A stretch of DNA of 63,231 bases, filler included, from Octopus bimaculoides (GCF_001194135.2; 7 parts of 5 records of this genome joined end to end with filler, not necessarily neighbours in it), one strand, 5' to 3'; positions 38,632 to 53,100 are shown, counted from the first letter of the whole stretch. Notes: generated from the sequence alone by a model not told the origin. Translations and numbers: made by a program.

Positions 38632-40499
38632 AGTCACCACCACACCACCAGTGANNNNNNNNNNNNNNNNNNNNNNNNNNNNNNNNNNNNNNNNNNNNNN
38701 NNNNNNNNNNNNNNNNNNNNNNNNNNNNNNNNNNNNNNNNNNNNNNNNNNNNNNNNNNNNNNNNNNNNNNNNNNNNNNNNNNNNNNNNNNNNNNNNNNNN
38801 NNNNNNNNNNNNNNNNNNNNNNNNNNNNNNNNNNNNNNNNNNNNNNNNNNNNNNNNNNNNNNNNNNNNNNNNNNNNNNNNNNNNNNNNNNNNNNNNNNNN
38901 NNNNNNNNNNNNNNNNNNNNNNNNNNNNNNNNNNNNNNNNNNNNNNNNNNNNNNNNNNNNNNNNNNNNNNNNNNNNNNNNNNNNNNNNNNNNNNNNNNNA
39001 ATACAACAACCTCTCCTTGTATTCAAGAAAACTGTTTAACCAATAGAGGATGCTACATTGTGCGAGATAAGAAGTGTTTCTTCAACAATGATCAAAATGG
39101 GATCAATAAAATATACTATTTTTGTTGTTGTTGTTGTTTGAGCAGGCATATTATGATCAAAGATGTTCCAGTTAAGATCATCCTATCTCTTTATTTTATT
39201 TCAATCAACGCTTATGTAATACAGCATTCAGTAAACTATTCTCTTTTTTTTTATTATTGTTCCAGACTAAACGGTACGATTTAAGGGATATTTCGCTGCT
39301 GCGACATAAAGTAGTTTGACCGTCGATATGTTCAATCAGAACTCACTTGAAACTAAAAATGGGCATAACTTATACTGTCTGTGTCATGAAGTTTGGGACT
39401 ATTATAAGGCAAATGGGATGTCAAGGCATTTTTTCCGACTGAGAGGCAGTTGGAATAAATTTTCCATTCGAGAGAAGTGTAAAAGAATAGCAGCCAATAT
39501 GCATAGAAGTGGCCATTGTTTTATAACATGAAGTGGAAAGTATTAAAATGGTAAAATAAACCAACCAGAAACATTAGTACATAAACACGCAAATAATATT
39601 CAGAATCATCAATCGATAATAGTGCAAAACTGGTGCCCGCTTGGATAACATATCCCTACAAAAGAAAACTTCTTTTCGAAGAGCAAGTTTATTTTTTAAT
39701 AAAGGCCTATATATATTTGCGCACAAATATCTACATACATATATATATATGTACACACACACGCGCATACATACACACACAAATCGATATTGTACCTGTA
39801 TATATATTTTCTGTAAAATGGTACGCTACCAGCATTTTGACCTCTGTTTCTAAGCTGTTTATGTTTCATGTATATATTTCCACCCATCGCTAGTTGAAAC
39901 TTAATGTTATATTAAAAGAGAATAATCATGTAAAAAAAAAAAATCCTTTGATCACATAAAGGGGTAAATGAAATAATATGGAAAAACAGTATCAGTTCAA
40001 CAGCAGTAGGCTATTCAGTTATACAGTATAATTGAATATTGTTTAAAAGTGTTTCTCTGTCCTCTTGCATGCGGAAATAAAAGAGCTGGTAATGAAATAG
40101 GCTTTCAAAAGAGAATTTCATGGTTGTCTAATCAGTGAATTTGTTGTGGCGAAGGAAAAAATGGATTTCAAATATACAATTATAAGCCAAAAGCTACCAT
40201 AATGAAAGTTAGTTTAGATAGATTTTTTAAACAAAAACAGACATATTAAGCAATAATTCGCAAAGAGAGTGATATAAAGTAAAAGAATAGGAAAAGAAAT
40301 AACATTTTTAACAAAATTATTGAGGCAGGATTTTTGTGTCGTAACTCACACAGAATTATGTGTATGAGATCAGACAATGCAAAACTGAATGCTAGAAATT
40401 TAATGCAAGGTTTATGCCTTCGATAACAATAAAATGTGGACAGTTTACAGTCACGATAGCGAGATTTAAAAGCGTCCATTTAAAAGCGACACACATTTA

Positions 40500-40793
40500 T
40501 GCCAACGGGTAAATACTGTATATAGAATACAATGTAATAAATGCAACAAGTTCTATGTGGGTAGCACAACAAGACCGTTACACGTTCGCATCAAAGAACA
40601 TCTGAACACGAGAGCCTCCTCCTTCAGAAAACATCTAGACAGATGCCGGAATACTGACAAGAGCATAACAGCCGCAATTGAGGACAATGAAAAAAATTTG
40701 GGTAATTTAAGAATTAAGGAAGCATTACTCATACACAGACTAGGACCCCAAATTAACAACAAGCTGGAGATTGGTAATCAATATATTATTTAG
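40500..40793 (+). mobile_element. Penelope-like GIY-YIG endonuclease fragment (second family)
   Basis: Open frame CQRVNTVYRIQCNKCNKFYVGSTTRPLHVRIKEHLN...NLRIKEALLIHRLGPQINNK...*. Confidence 0.88.
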
Positions 40794-42573
40794 CTACATC
40801 TGGACGCGCGTAGGTTCATTCTTAATAAAATGCTCATGTATTGTTTATAACAAAAAAAANNNNNNNNNNNNNNNNNNNNNNNNNNNNNNNNNNNNNNNNN
40901 NNNTTAATTAATTAANNNNNNNNNNNNNNNNNNNNNNNNNNNNNNNNNNNNNNNNNNNNCAGACCTCTCACAGGTCTGGTCGCTGACCACACACACATAG
41001 AGAACACAGCTACAGCTAGTTTCCAGCGACAACGTTTTTACTACCAATGTACTATCTACCAATGTACTGTCTTTAGTATCTACAATTTTGTGTGAAATTT
41101 TCATCTTTCTTTTCTCCCTGACTAACCGAATATGTAAACATACCTTTTACTGCAACAACGCAATTAAATGCACGAAAACAAAAAATTAAAATTAAAAATA
41201 AAAAAATTAAAGAGCTAAGCACCTGCTAATATATACAAAATGCACACAATTACAAAAAACTGTAAACCACACAAAAATTTATAGAAAGAAAAGAAAATTT
41301 TTTGAAAAAAATCAGTAATCTATACATATAAATTTGACATGGGCGATTCTTTCTTGTCTTGGAATTCCCGGTGAAATGGCTGGGTGGAAATGCGCGAAAA
41401 ATTATACAGATGTGTAGGATGATCAGGTGGTGATGCTGCACTTTGTATTTTTTCATAGCTCCCATGTTTATCGAGATAATCTACTATAATAAAACTCATA
41501 TGTTTATGAATGAGAAAAGAAGGGGTGATAGATGAATAAGGAAGGAAGGGGTGATATCATACTTGGTAGTGGGATGGTGAAAATTTTATGTTGAAAAATA
41601 AATCAAACAACGTTTCAACTCTGTGTATGTAAAGCGAGTATGTGAATGTGTGCGTATGTGTGTGTGATTGGTATATGAGTGTACGTGTGCGCGCGCAATG
41701 GATTTTTTGGGAAACCTTTCATTGTAGTGTTCCAGTTATTTGTTTTTCAGTTTAAGATGTTTTTTTTTTTTGTGATGGTCTTTAAATTTTCTGTAATATT
41801 CCGCATTGAGTTTGAGGTATTTAATGTTTTTCAGTTATATCTTTTGGTGTTTTTTTGAGCTTTGAAAATTTAAAAGATTTTTTTTACCTATTTTTTTATT
41901 TCTTTTAATTTTTGCTTTATTTTTTATGCTTCTTTCTGTTGTTTTGCATCTTGTTCGCTTAATATGTGGGCTTATTTTTTTGATTTGGTTGAATCCTGGT
42001 TGTTTTTTTTTCTTGTTGTTGGTTAGTTAATTTTAGCGCTTTGACGGAAAAAGTCATTCTAAAATTGTTTTATAACGTAAGCGTGCCCAAACAAGTCGAG
42101 TGCTTACAGAGAGCAGGTTTTACAGCCACATCATCCAAACCGAGCTTAGCTGTTAGTTAAAAATAAAACAAGGTGAACCGGTTCTTTTCAAGACCAAAGT
42201 CAGCGCTTTCATTGATCGCTAACAGTAGTAAACATAGTTGACCTCTGCTGACATCAAGGGTGTGAGGCCTCTTTTATTTCTTAATCGCACAGGAATGTCC
42301 ACAACTCATTTCCTTCCCATCTGCCGAATGTATTTACAGACCCGTAGAATTTGGTCTGTTCACCAAACTGCTTCTTTTTCTCCTACTCCCAAAATGGTAA
42401 CAAAACCAATGATTGTGAGAGCACTTAATATGACCAGTAAGGGAACTATAATAAAAATTAGTTGAGACTGACCCCTGGATTACTATTCATGCAAGGAGCG
42501 CAAAATATAGTATTAAATGTTGACTGCAAACGTAAACAGACTGTATATGAAAAGAAAGAATGGTCGCAGAGAT

Positions 42574-42954
42574 TGTTGGCACTCCGTCGCTTACGACGTC
42601 GAGGGTTCCAGTTGATCTGCTCAACGGAACAGCCTGCTCGTGAAATTAACGTGCAAGTGGCTGAGCACTCCACAGACACGTGTACCTTTAACGTAGTTCT
42701 CGGGGATATTCAGCGTGACACAGTGTGACAAGGCTGACCCTTTGAAGTACAGGCACAACAGAAACAGGGAGTAAGAGTGAGAGAAAGTTGTGGTGAAAGA
42801 GTACAGCAGGGTTCACCACCATCCCCTGCCGGAGCCTCGTGGAGCTTTAGGTGTTTTCGCTCAATAAACACTCACAATGCCCGGTCTTGGAATCGAAACC
42901 GCGATCCTATAACCGCGAGTCCATTGCCCTAACCACTGGGCCATTGCACCTCCA
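42574..42954 (-). mobile_element. Family C SINE, full length
   Basis: Reverse complement of 36053-36449. Confidence 0.92.
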
Positions 42955-44189
42955 CTGGGTGGCAGATGACTGATTAGTTAAAAAGCATTGTATAAGGAGT
43001 GAAAGAAGAACACTTGTGGAGTATTTAGTAAATAGATCTGCTGCAATATACCGCAACCCATATTATTATTGATATTTTTAAATGCTATAGTTAGAACGAT
43101 GATGGTAATGGCAATCACTGTGGTTATTGTGGTGACAAAATGTAAGCGCGTTTTTTTTATATTTAGATGTGTATGTGCATACATGTACACGTGTTTATAC
43201 AAATAAAGAGAGGAAGAGAGAGATGGGATCTCAATAGCAACTCACGTGGGAATCCCACGAACGACTCATGAAATCATGATGCAACACAACAAGGAACGAA
43301 TTAACGGCGAGAGTGAAAACTATAGCCGATCATGGTGAAGGTTTCCCGCCTGGTACGTCCGAAACCTCCAGCATCAGGGCCAGGTATCTGACCTCGGATG
43401 ATTTTTATTTCACAGCAGATCACATACACGGTGTGCGCAAAAACAGACGTAAGAATGTCATCAAAGAGCGAAGCTGGAAAGAAGTCGTGGAGTAGGCCGA
43501 CATACCTTGAAATTTGGTATGGAAATGGACATGTGTCCAATGTCAGAAAAATAAACTAATGAACCAAGTGAGTCTCCTCTATTTGTTGATACCTTTGTTT
43601 ACTTTAAGGATGCTTATTTACCCATCCATTTCCACTGATGTCCATTGTTTGTCATACATATTGTCGTTCAAGCCCTTTTTAAGCAATCACATATGATTCG
43701 TTCCAAACAATCAATCTTTAAATAAGAGTTTTGCTTCCACTAGCGAAAGCTACACGCATCTTTCAGAAAGCTCAATACCAATTTAGCTTTATTCGACATT
43801 CACTGTTAGTTTATGAGCACGCTATGTAGGAAGACAGAATAAAGGGGCTTTTGTTAGTTTATCTCTCCGAAAAAATAGCTCCCTTTGCTGTTGAAGAAAA
43901 TAAACTCGCAGAGGGGAAGTTTCAACGTCTTCCTTCAATTTCCTTACACTTTCAGACAAGAAATTTCGCTTTCGTGTAAAATAACTATATTTTGTAGTCG
44001 TTATCCGTAATCTACTCCCAAAACACTTCAGTGGCTCTACTTTGCAACGCTTACAAGATTACGTTCTATGACCATTAAAGTGCAACCACCTCCACAATAA
44101 TCAACCTTCAATTTCAATTTGCATTCCTAGGTTAATCGGAGACATAGATTGCCGTTCTACTTATAAACCTTCTAGGTGGTTCAATTATT

Positions 44190-45770
44190 CGGTGAAAAAA
44201 GATACTACCAGAGCAACTTAAACCGTCCAAAGGACGGGCGTGTTTGCTAGTATTTGATAATCTAATTGCCAGGAACTACAAAAGAAGACACACAAACATG
44301 GCATGGTTTGACTTTAGTAAAGCATATGATATGATACCACACGCCTGGATAATAAGAACAGTAGAAATGTATGGAGCAACAGAAAACATGAGAGCTATTA
44401 TTTGGAACAGCATAAAATGCTGGAGAACGAAATTGACTGAACGGAATCAAGAATCAAGTAATAGCAGACGTGAAAATAAGAGAGGAATCTTTCAGGGAGA
44501 CAGCGTGTCCTCACAGATCTTTGTACTGGGAATAGTCTCTTTGAGTGAAGTACTATTCAAATCAAAGTCGGGGCATGGTCTCCGAAGCGGTAAGGGAAAA
44601 CTGAACCACTTTCTATTCATGGACGACCTGAATGTATTCACAACAGACAGAACTGGACAGCCTAGTCCAGTCTGTGCGGATTTTCTTCAATGATATTAAG
44701 ATGGAGTTTGGGCTCACAAAATGTGCTACGATGGTGATGAGTCAACAACAGCTTGTCATGACAAAAAGCATATGGTTGCCTTGTGGTGAAATGATGAAGA
44801 CAATTCAACCTCAATCCAGTTATAAATACCTGGGAATACTTGAGGCACATGGCATTGAACACAACATGAAGGAAAAGACACAAGAAAATTAGATCCTGCG
44901 GCGTGTGAGGAAAGTATTAATTTCATAGCTGAATGCTAGAAGTATTTTTTCGGCAATAAACTCGCGTACAGTGGCAGTAGTTCAGTATGGAGCTGGAATA
45001 CTTAAGTCGGTAGAAGAAGAGCTAAAGGAGATGGACACGAAGTCAAGAAATCTCCTAACGATGCATGGAGCCCCTCATCCATGTGCAGACACTGATTGCC
45101 TATACATGAAAAGAGCAAATGGAGGAAGGGAGTTGGTAAGTGTGGAAGACTGTGTACGTATCGAACTACAGAGCTTAATGATGTACCTAGACCAAAGTAA
45201 GGAAATATTGCTGGTATAAGTTAGGAACAAGAGAGTATTGAAAAAAGAGAAAAAAGGAAAAAGAAGGAATAAGTACAAAAAGGACATGAAGAAGAATTAC
45301 GCAACAAGGGACTACACCATGAACTCCATGTAGACGCAACACAAGTTGCTAGAGAATATAAATGGGATTGGCTGAAGAAAGGAACAGTGAAAAAATAGAC
45401 TGAGAACACTATATCTGCTGCTTAGGACCTGGCTTTGGGCACGAAATGGAGGGTCAACCTTAGGAATGAACGGCTCTGCTGTGCTATATTTATAGTAGAG
45501 AGAAGGAAACCATTGCCCATATCAAAAATGAATGCCACACAGCCACACACTTGCCCAAAACCACTACAAGTTGTGGTGACAAGATCAGGTAGCGAAAGTG
45601 ATACACTGGAAACTTTGCGAAAAGTGAGTCGAGAGAGAGGCGAGACGCGGTAATAGCACAAACTGCATAGAGTATCTGAGTCGGAGACGAGCAAAATACT
45701 CTAGGATTTCCCATTCCAAACAGATCAGGTGCTAGAGCATAACAGACCGGACCTAGTGGCGGTGAACCAG
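44190..45770 (+). mobile_element. R4/Dong-like LINE fossil (RT + thumb + start of RLE)
   Basis: AWFDFSKAYDMIPH, RGIFQGDSVS, LNHFLFMDDL (RT motifs), FGLTKCA, YKYLGILE, LYMKRANGGRELVSVED, HNRPDLV. Confidence 0.9.
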
Positions 45771-46089
45771 ATGCATCACGTGATGCATCTGAGACTGTTT
45801 TGAAATAGGTGATATGGTATAAGGACTGATGAGAATTTTATCTTTAAATTCGAACTTTGATGCTGCCATATTTTAGTAGGGAACTGTCATAGCAAAAACA
45901 TATCTTAAATTGAAAAGAATGTTAAAGTAAGTTTCGGAAATTCCCCTGGATACTAAATAATTTTTTTTTTACAATACATCATAATAAACCAACTCCCAAA
46001 CCATCAGACATCCATATCGAGGTCTCTGTTTGTGATGTTATGATGCTAAGGCGAAGAGATATCAGAATCGTTATCGTGCAGGGTAAAAT

Positions 46090-46552
46090 ACTTTGGAGCA
46101 TCTCCTTCGGATTTATGTATTGGGTTGCCAGCACCGCCTGACCGGCTCCACGTGCCGCTGGCACGTAAAATGCACTACCCTAACGTGGCCGATGCCAGCT
46201 TCCACGCCTCGACTAGCTACTATGCCGGTGACACGTAAAGAGCACCATCTGAACGTGTACGATGACAGCGCCGACTGAATGGCCCCCGTGCAGGTGGCAC
46301 GTAGAAAGCACCATCCGAACGTGGTTGATGCCAACCCCCTCGCCCGACAGGCTCCGGCGCTGGCGGCACATAGTAAAAAAGCATCCACTACACTCTTGAA
46401 GTGGTTGGCGTTAGGAAAGGCATCCAGCTGTAGAAACATCGGCAGATCAGATCTGGAGCCTGGTGCGGCCACCTGGCTTGCCAGACCTCAGTCAAACCGT
46501 CCGACCCATGCCAGCTTGGAAATCGGACGTTAAATGACGATGATGATGATTC
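46090..46552 (+). mobile_element. SINE family D with internal ~60-bp subrepeats and (TGA)n tail
   Basis: Four tggcacgta..aagcac-type subrepeats; tail aggcatccagctgtagaaac...acccatgccagc.tggaaa..ggacgttaaatgacgatgatg also seen at ~54190-54400 (-), 57170-57350 (+), 60530-60680 (-), 61345-61560 (-). Confidence 0.8.
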
Positions 46553-46680
46553 GCTAAAATGGTAATCACCAATTGATTTANNNNNNNNNNNNNNNNNNNN
46601 NNNNNNNNNNNNNNNNNNNNNNNNTTAATTAATTAANNNNNNNNNNNNNNNNNNNNNNNNNNNNNNNNNNNNNNNNNNNN

Positions 46681-46717
<37 letters not shown>

Positions 46718-46959
46718 CCCCCATTCCTTCTATCTTTTTACACTCTAATACCTTTCTCTCTCTATCACCCTCATCTCCCCATTTCTACTTTCAAATTATC
46801 TTGACTGACCACTAACTGGTACACTTACCCTTATTATCTCTCTCTTTGTTTTTCTTTTTTCTTTCTTTTCTTTATTCCTATCCCCCTGTTTTCGATTTGA
46901 TCTTACAAATACATTCCCTACTTTTATGTCACTGTAAATAAAACCCTTGATTCATTAGT

Positions 46960-48200
46960 AACGGACTGGATGCAAGTTGTCTTCATTAAACTGCCCAAGG
47001 ATTCAGGCACTGTTGAATGCTCGGAGCATTATACCACAGCCTTCGTCAACCACACCCACAAGATCTTCCCGAGAAATCTATAGAACAGTGGGGAGCGGGC
47101 TACAAAAGAACAACTCGTGAAAGTGGAGATGGTGTTTCATAAAAGAGTGAACCTGAGAAGCAATATTTTTAATATCAAGACTACCAGGGAGAAAGTCAAG
47201 GAATATAATGTTCTACTGTATATATCATTCATTGATTATAAAAAGACATTTGACCCAGTCTGGCTTTCCACATTGTAGAAGGTGTTATAAATGATGAGAA
47301 TCGAGGGTTCAGCAGTTACCTTTCTGAGGAGACCGTATATGGTCAGCAATTGGCTGAGTGGGACACATGTTTATAAACTGGTTTAGCATAAGAAAAGGAG
47401 TTTGGCAAAGAAATCTTGGATCAATGAACTACTTCGGTTGGATCGATCTATGCACCAGCGGCTGGCAACTAAAATAACTCCAGTTATACTGATAAAATCT
47501 TACTGATTACCACTTCGCCGGATGAGCTTCAGAGACAGATTAACAAATTTAATTGAATCTCCGGTGAGCTTCACCTAGAGACCAGCACCAAAAAGAACAT
47601 GACAGCCACTAGATAACCGGAACAGGTACCGTACAATACCAAGAGATGAAGCTAGCCCAGGTTGATAAGTTCAAGTACCTGGGCTCCATTGCGTACCAAA
47701 CAGTAGACTGCGGTTGGGAAATCAGAGCAAGACTTGGTGCAGAAAGATCGACCATGAGGTCATTCAGTACAATATGGAGAGACAAAATTCATCAAGCTAT
47801 AACTTCTAAAAACCCTAATTTGCCCGGTAGCATTATATGAATGTGAATCATAATTTGGCCGGTAGCATTATATGAGTGTGTCTACCGTAATAACTGAGGT
47901 CAATGCGGATCAGTTTGACAGAGATGAGAGTAGAATGGGAGTTGCTGATGACAATCTAACAGCTAAAGCTGCAATATTTTGGCCACGTCATCAGGGCATA
48001 GAACATCTATGCTCACTTTCTTGGAGACTGAGTGGACAGTAAACGGGCTAGCAAACGACAAAGACAAAGGAGTGATGACTTCAAGGACCGGACTGAGAGG
48101 ACCAATGCAGAATGTACAGTTGCTGCACAAGACATCAATGTGTAGAGAAGAGTGACAGTTGTCTGAGGCCCCTGGCCCTCACCCATGAGGATGGACATAC
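46960..48200 (+). mobile_element. Heavily decayed RTE-clade LINE
   Basis: IKLPKDSGTVECSEH, REKVKEYNVLLYISFIDYKKTFD, QVDKFKYLGSI...WEIRARLG...MRSFSTIWRDK. Confidence 0.8.
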
Positions 48201-48830
48201 CCATCATGTATGCAAATGTTGTTGCCTTCTCTCTCTTTTTTTTCTCTCTAACAATTAAGTTTGTTGCACCTTATCTTTCTAAACTACATCGTCCCCTATT
48301 TTTTTTACATTATACTTTAATATACTTACTACCATAAGCGAACGAAGCATCGAACTTTCCAAACCCCACGGTATTGAGCTTTCTCTTTCTTTGAGATAGA
48401 CATACCGAACACATATTTATATTTCTCTCTCTCTCTCTCCCTCACTCTCTCTCTATATATATTCATCTTCTACGAGATTCAATTTGCCCCGAACTAGTAT
48501 AAATAGTGTACATGTGCTTATAAATACCGTCTACTTAACAGAAGATCAAGACATATGTGTAAAGCTTCAGGCCTAATACCGGGAGCAATTTTGGATCTAT
48601 TTCAAAACGGGGGCACCAGTTTTCATTTATGTTTTATGTAGTGTTTTTGGTACCGAAAGACTTTCAAACTTCGTATACTTATCTATTTTGTGTTATAGAA
48701 CAGAAAAAAATTTTTTGTATTCGAATTTATTTCATGTAAAAAATTGTCTTATTTTGATAATTTCTACTAATCACTGACGTCTATTCAGTTGAAAACAGTT
48801 AGCGCTGTAACGGGGTATATCGTATTAATC

Positions 48831-48850
48831 CCCTAACCCTAACCCTAACT
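48831..48850. repeat. (CCCTAA)3 telomere-like repeat running into a gap
   Basis: Direct inspection; a degenerate copy lies at ~53333-53351. Confidence 0.7.
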
Positions 48851-49459
48851 NNNNNNNNNNNNNNNNNNNNNNNNNNNNNNNNNNNNNNNNNNNNNNNNNN
48901 NNNNNNNNNNNNNNNNNNNNNNNNNNNNNNNNNNNNNNNNNNNNNNNNNNNNNNNNNNNNNNNNNNNNNNNNNNNNNNNNNNNNNNNNNNNNNNNNNNNN
49001 NNNNNNNNNNNNNNNNNNNNNNNNNNNNNNNNNNNNNNNNNNNNNNNNNNNNNNNNNNNNNNNNNNNNNNNNNNNNNNNNNNNNNNNNNNNNNNNNNNNN
49101 NNNNNNNNNNNNNNNNNNNNNNNNNNNNNNNNNNNNNNNNNNNNNNNNNNNNNNNNNNNNNNNNNNNNNNNNNNNNNNNNNNNNNNNNNNNNNNNNNNNN
49201 NNNNNNNNNNNNNNNNNNNNNNNNNNNNNNNNNNNNNNNNNNNNNNNNNNNNNNNNNNNNNNNNNNNNNNNNNNNNNNNNNNNNNNNNNNNNNNNNNNNN
49301 NNNNNNNNNNNNNNNNNNNNNNNNNNNNNNNNNNNNNNNNNNNNNNNNNNNNNNNNNNNNNNNNNNNNNNNNNNNNNNNNNNNNNNNNNNNNNNNNNNNN
49401 NNNNNNNNNNNNNNAAGAGAGAGAGTGAGAAAGAGAGAGAGAGATAGAGAGAGAGAGAA

Positions 49460-49514
<55 letters not shown>

Positions 49515-49814
49515 AAATCAATCACGAAGAATCTGTGATCTGGTATAAACGTAACAATTACAATTTCACTCGTTTCTGAAATCAATGTGGGGGGAAGAGA
49601 TCAACAATAGGATTGATATAAAAGGTCAGATGATTGTTTTTATCACACTAATGAGTGGGATAAATATGTAAATATATATTTTTCTTTTAGTTATATAGTT
49701 ATTCGTCCGTTACAATTATTTTCCTACTTGTAAAATAGAGCTCTGAATCCAGTATATAGATTTCTATCAACAATCAACTCATCCAAAATGAACTTTATTA
49801 CGAATTAGTTTCAA

Positions 49815-50018
49815 CTTTTGTACAAGGCCAGCAATTTTCGGGGACAGTGCAAGTCAATTACATCAACCCCGCTGCTCAACTAGTACTTATTTTATCGACC
49901 CCGAAAGGGTAAAAAGTAAAGTCAACTTCGACGGAATTTGAACTCAGAACATAAAGACAAATAAAATGTCGTGAAGCATTTTGCCTGTGTGCTGACGATT
50001 CTGCCTGCTTTCCGCCTT
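49815..50018 (-). mobile_element. Family B SINE
   Basis: Consensus match. Confidence 0.85.
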
Positions 50019-51521
50019 GAATTTATTGCTTATTAATACGGTCTTAAATACTGGTCAGTTACACCATTAACTTGAACCAACGAGAGAGCCTCTATATGGT
50101 CGCGCGATCTTCTAGAGATACCAACCAAATCTCCCTCAATTCACTGCATACCGTCTAAAAAACATACACTGGACATTGTAGACCCTAATAAATAAAATGA
50201 CAGGATAGTCACGACTGAAAAATTATAAGTCTACTTGATCAGAGTTAACTTAAGACTCAAGAACAAGGATAACAACTTTCTGTATTCAATAGTTTTGTGA
50301 TACTGTAATATTTGTAATGGTACTATTAACTAGTGCGCATGCTTATAGGTTTCTGCACTTACAGCCGCAACCGCATGATATAAGTGGTGTGACCTCTCAT
50401 TGGGGAGGAGTGTGATGATTGAAAGGAAGTGTGAAAATTGCCATATTTAACAAATTAAAATGGTTTAAAACTTGTCCAAAATCATGGTGAAGAATTATAT
50501 GATTGTAAACCCTATTTTATCTTGTCTTTAACAAAGTGTGAAGGGATACTGGTATTTGTTTGAGAACCCCTGTTCTTGGTGACCATGGTATAAAGCAATG
50601 CATATTCTTCAGTATTGAGAATATACATTGATCTCGTTGATAAATTCTGAAACTGGACTGCATAATTAAACTAGGAAAACAGTCACCAACTCTCGTCTTC
50701 ATTGCAATATTTTTTACGTCTACAACCAGAGAAGGGACTAGCTTTGATTATCTATTCAATGAATCTAAGATATACAAATTATGAGAGAAGTACGGAATGT
50801 GCATAGCTGCAAGACCTTTGAACATAGGTCTGCTCACTTAAGACTAGCCTATGGCTAAACAACAACTGGTTTAACTCCCATCCTCTTCTTAAGAAATTGA
50901 TTATAAAATAATTTACGTCATTAAAGTATAGGAAAGTGGGTTATACATCATTAGATGTACACCACTTTCCTATATAAAATTAAGAATTATAACGGAACGC
51001 TGAACTCCAGACTATCAACACTAACAACATTTATTCAAGGTGGTATATATACATCATTAGCTCTTGTTCGTTGAGACGTCTTCTGTGTGTGTGTGTGAGC
51101 GAGCTGTCTAGCGTAAGTTCGAAAGATGGAGAGAGACAACTAAACACGTCCATGCTCAATCGCTGGCCAGCAAGAAAGAGACAGATCAAAGCGGGAAAAC
51201 TTGGTATGTTGAATTCCACGCTTGCGTGAGACTACGCATGCGTACGGCGTTACTACAAAAGTTTCCTTCTCTATCATTTCCTGCTCTTGTTGTTTAACCA
51301 AAGGTCAGTCTTAATTGAGCAAACTGATGATCGATCATAGCATAGCTCGTTCTCTCGAGGATTACACAAATAGGACTCACTAGCGTAGACAGCCAAGTCG
51401 GGTTCTTTGGTTAATTTTATGTAAAATATTACAGTACCATTTAACATCATAGAGCTCACTGACTTTTCTTCATTCAGTCTTTTCCATACACGTAACCTAT
51501 CCAAGGCTACATTATCTAATG

Positions 51522-53100
51522 CAGTAGTTCTCAAATTAAAAAAAATATATTTTACGTGCCCGTCCCTTTACAGTTTTTTTTTCCGAATATTCGCGGTCCT
51601 CTATAAAACGCAAGATAATTAACAGAAAGTACAAAGGGATTCCTGTTAAAGCGCAAGTATTTGTCAAAGTCATGAAGATCCGGAAAATAAAGAGAATATT
51701 TCTCTGCCAAGTATTGACACGTGTTGTTTCATGAGTTCAACAATATCATCATTGACTTAAATTTCGTTTTCATCAATAAACATGTTTAGCTGAGGAAATG
51801 ATGCAAAGTTCTTTCTATTCAACTTTTGGTGCCTAAGTTCAAGCTTCATTTTGAAAGAAGTTAGTTTTTCATGAGAATGAAACATGGTTATAGCTTGCTG
51901 TTGCAGTGAAAGATTGACGGCATTCACTGACTCGAATATGACCACTAAAAATGCCAAGCAAATCAGGAAACGAACATCGGAGAATTGGGCAAGTAAATCT
52001 GCCTTAGCATTTATAAACAACCGTGGACTTCTTTTCATAGAAGGAAGACCCTTTATTGTTTTTCCTCTCGAAAGCCATCTCACTTATGAATGCAACAGAA
52101 GCGTTTCGGACTCAAAATCACTTTCTTTGCACAACTCGGCAAACAGACGGGAGTTGAGTGCATTCGCTTTGATGAAGTTCACTGCTGTAATCACGTAATT
52201 CAGAACATTTTCTAACTCATCAGGCATAGTTTTCACCATTAGTGCTTGTCGATAAATTGTACAGTGTGCACCAATAGCACCTGTGGATTTTTCTTTCATC
52301 AAAGTTTGAAAACCGGAACGGCAACCAAGCATCGCTGTCGGTGCACACGCCATGCTCCCAGTTGACATAAAGTGCCTCAAAAACTTTGTCCACTTTGTTA
52401 AATATTTCCCTTGAGGTTGTTTTGGTGCTGAGGTTTTCTCAAAACAGGAATTCCTCCTCCATGTTATTGTTATGTACATAACGTACATAGACGTAAAAGT
52501 TTGGCTAAGTTGGAAACATCCGTCGTTTCATCAAGCTGGATCGCGAAAAAGTTCAAAAGCAAATTGTGAATCTTAGAGTCCTACTGCGACAGAATGAAAT
52601 CAGACAGCTCAGTTATTCGCTTCCTAACAGAATCGTTTGAGAGAGAGAGAGAGTGGGGTGGGGGATGGGGGAGACGCTTTAGCTTCTGAAGTTCAGAACT
52701 TCCTAGCACGTTCGATATGATATCTTTGCAGCAAGGCAATATTAACTCTTCGCCGATATTGTAGAGCTTTCTGGCAACCGATATTTATTTTGGAACCTCG
52801 TAGGATGCTTTCAAACCAGTTTTAATATTCAGCGAAAACATTCCTATGTCATCAAGTCTGGACTTCGTCAATCTGTCGGCTTCACGTCTGAAGAAGTCGA
52901 TATCTCCATTTATTGAATTGGGATGCTTCGTTTCGAAGTGCCTCTTTAATTTTAGTGAAGTAGTCGTCAAAACCTCGGAGCACAAAACATGTGGTTTCTT
53001 TCTCCGCCAGACTTTATCACCGCAAAACCGAATTTCAAATAGAATTTGTTATATCTCATTTTCTTTTTTTGGTGGCATTATAAAAAAAAATAAATAAAAT
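51522..53100 (-). mobile_element. hAT (Charlie/Buster, ZBED5/FAM200-like) transposase fossil
   Basis: ATG 53078 MPPKK...; KLKRHFETKH (BED-type), FAIQLDETTD, AHCTIYRQAL, AVNFIKANALNSRLFAELC, RWLSRG; TIR CAGTAGTTCTCAAA at 51522 preceded by atctaatg (Charlie-type site). The other end was not found and may lie in the gap after 53675. Confidence 0.88.
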
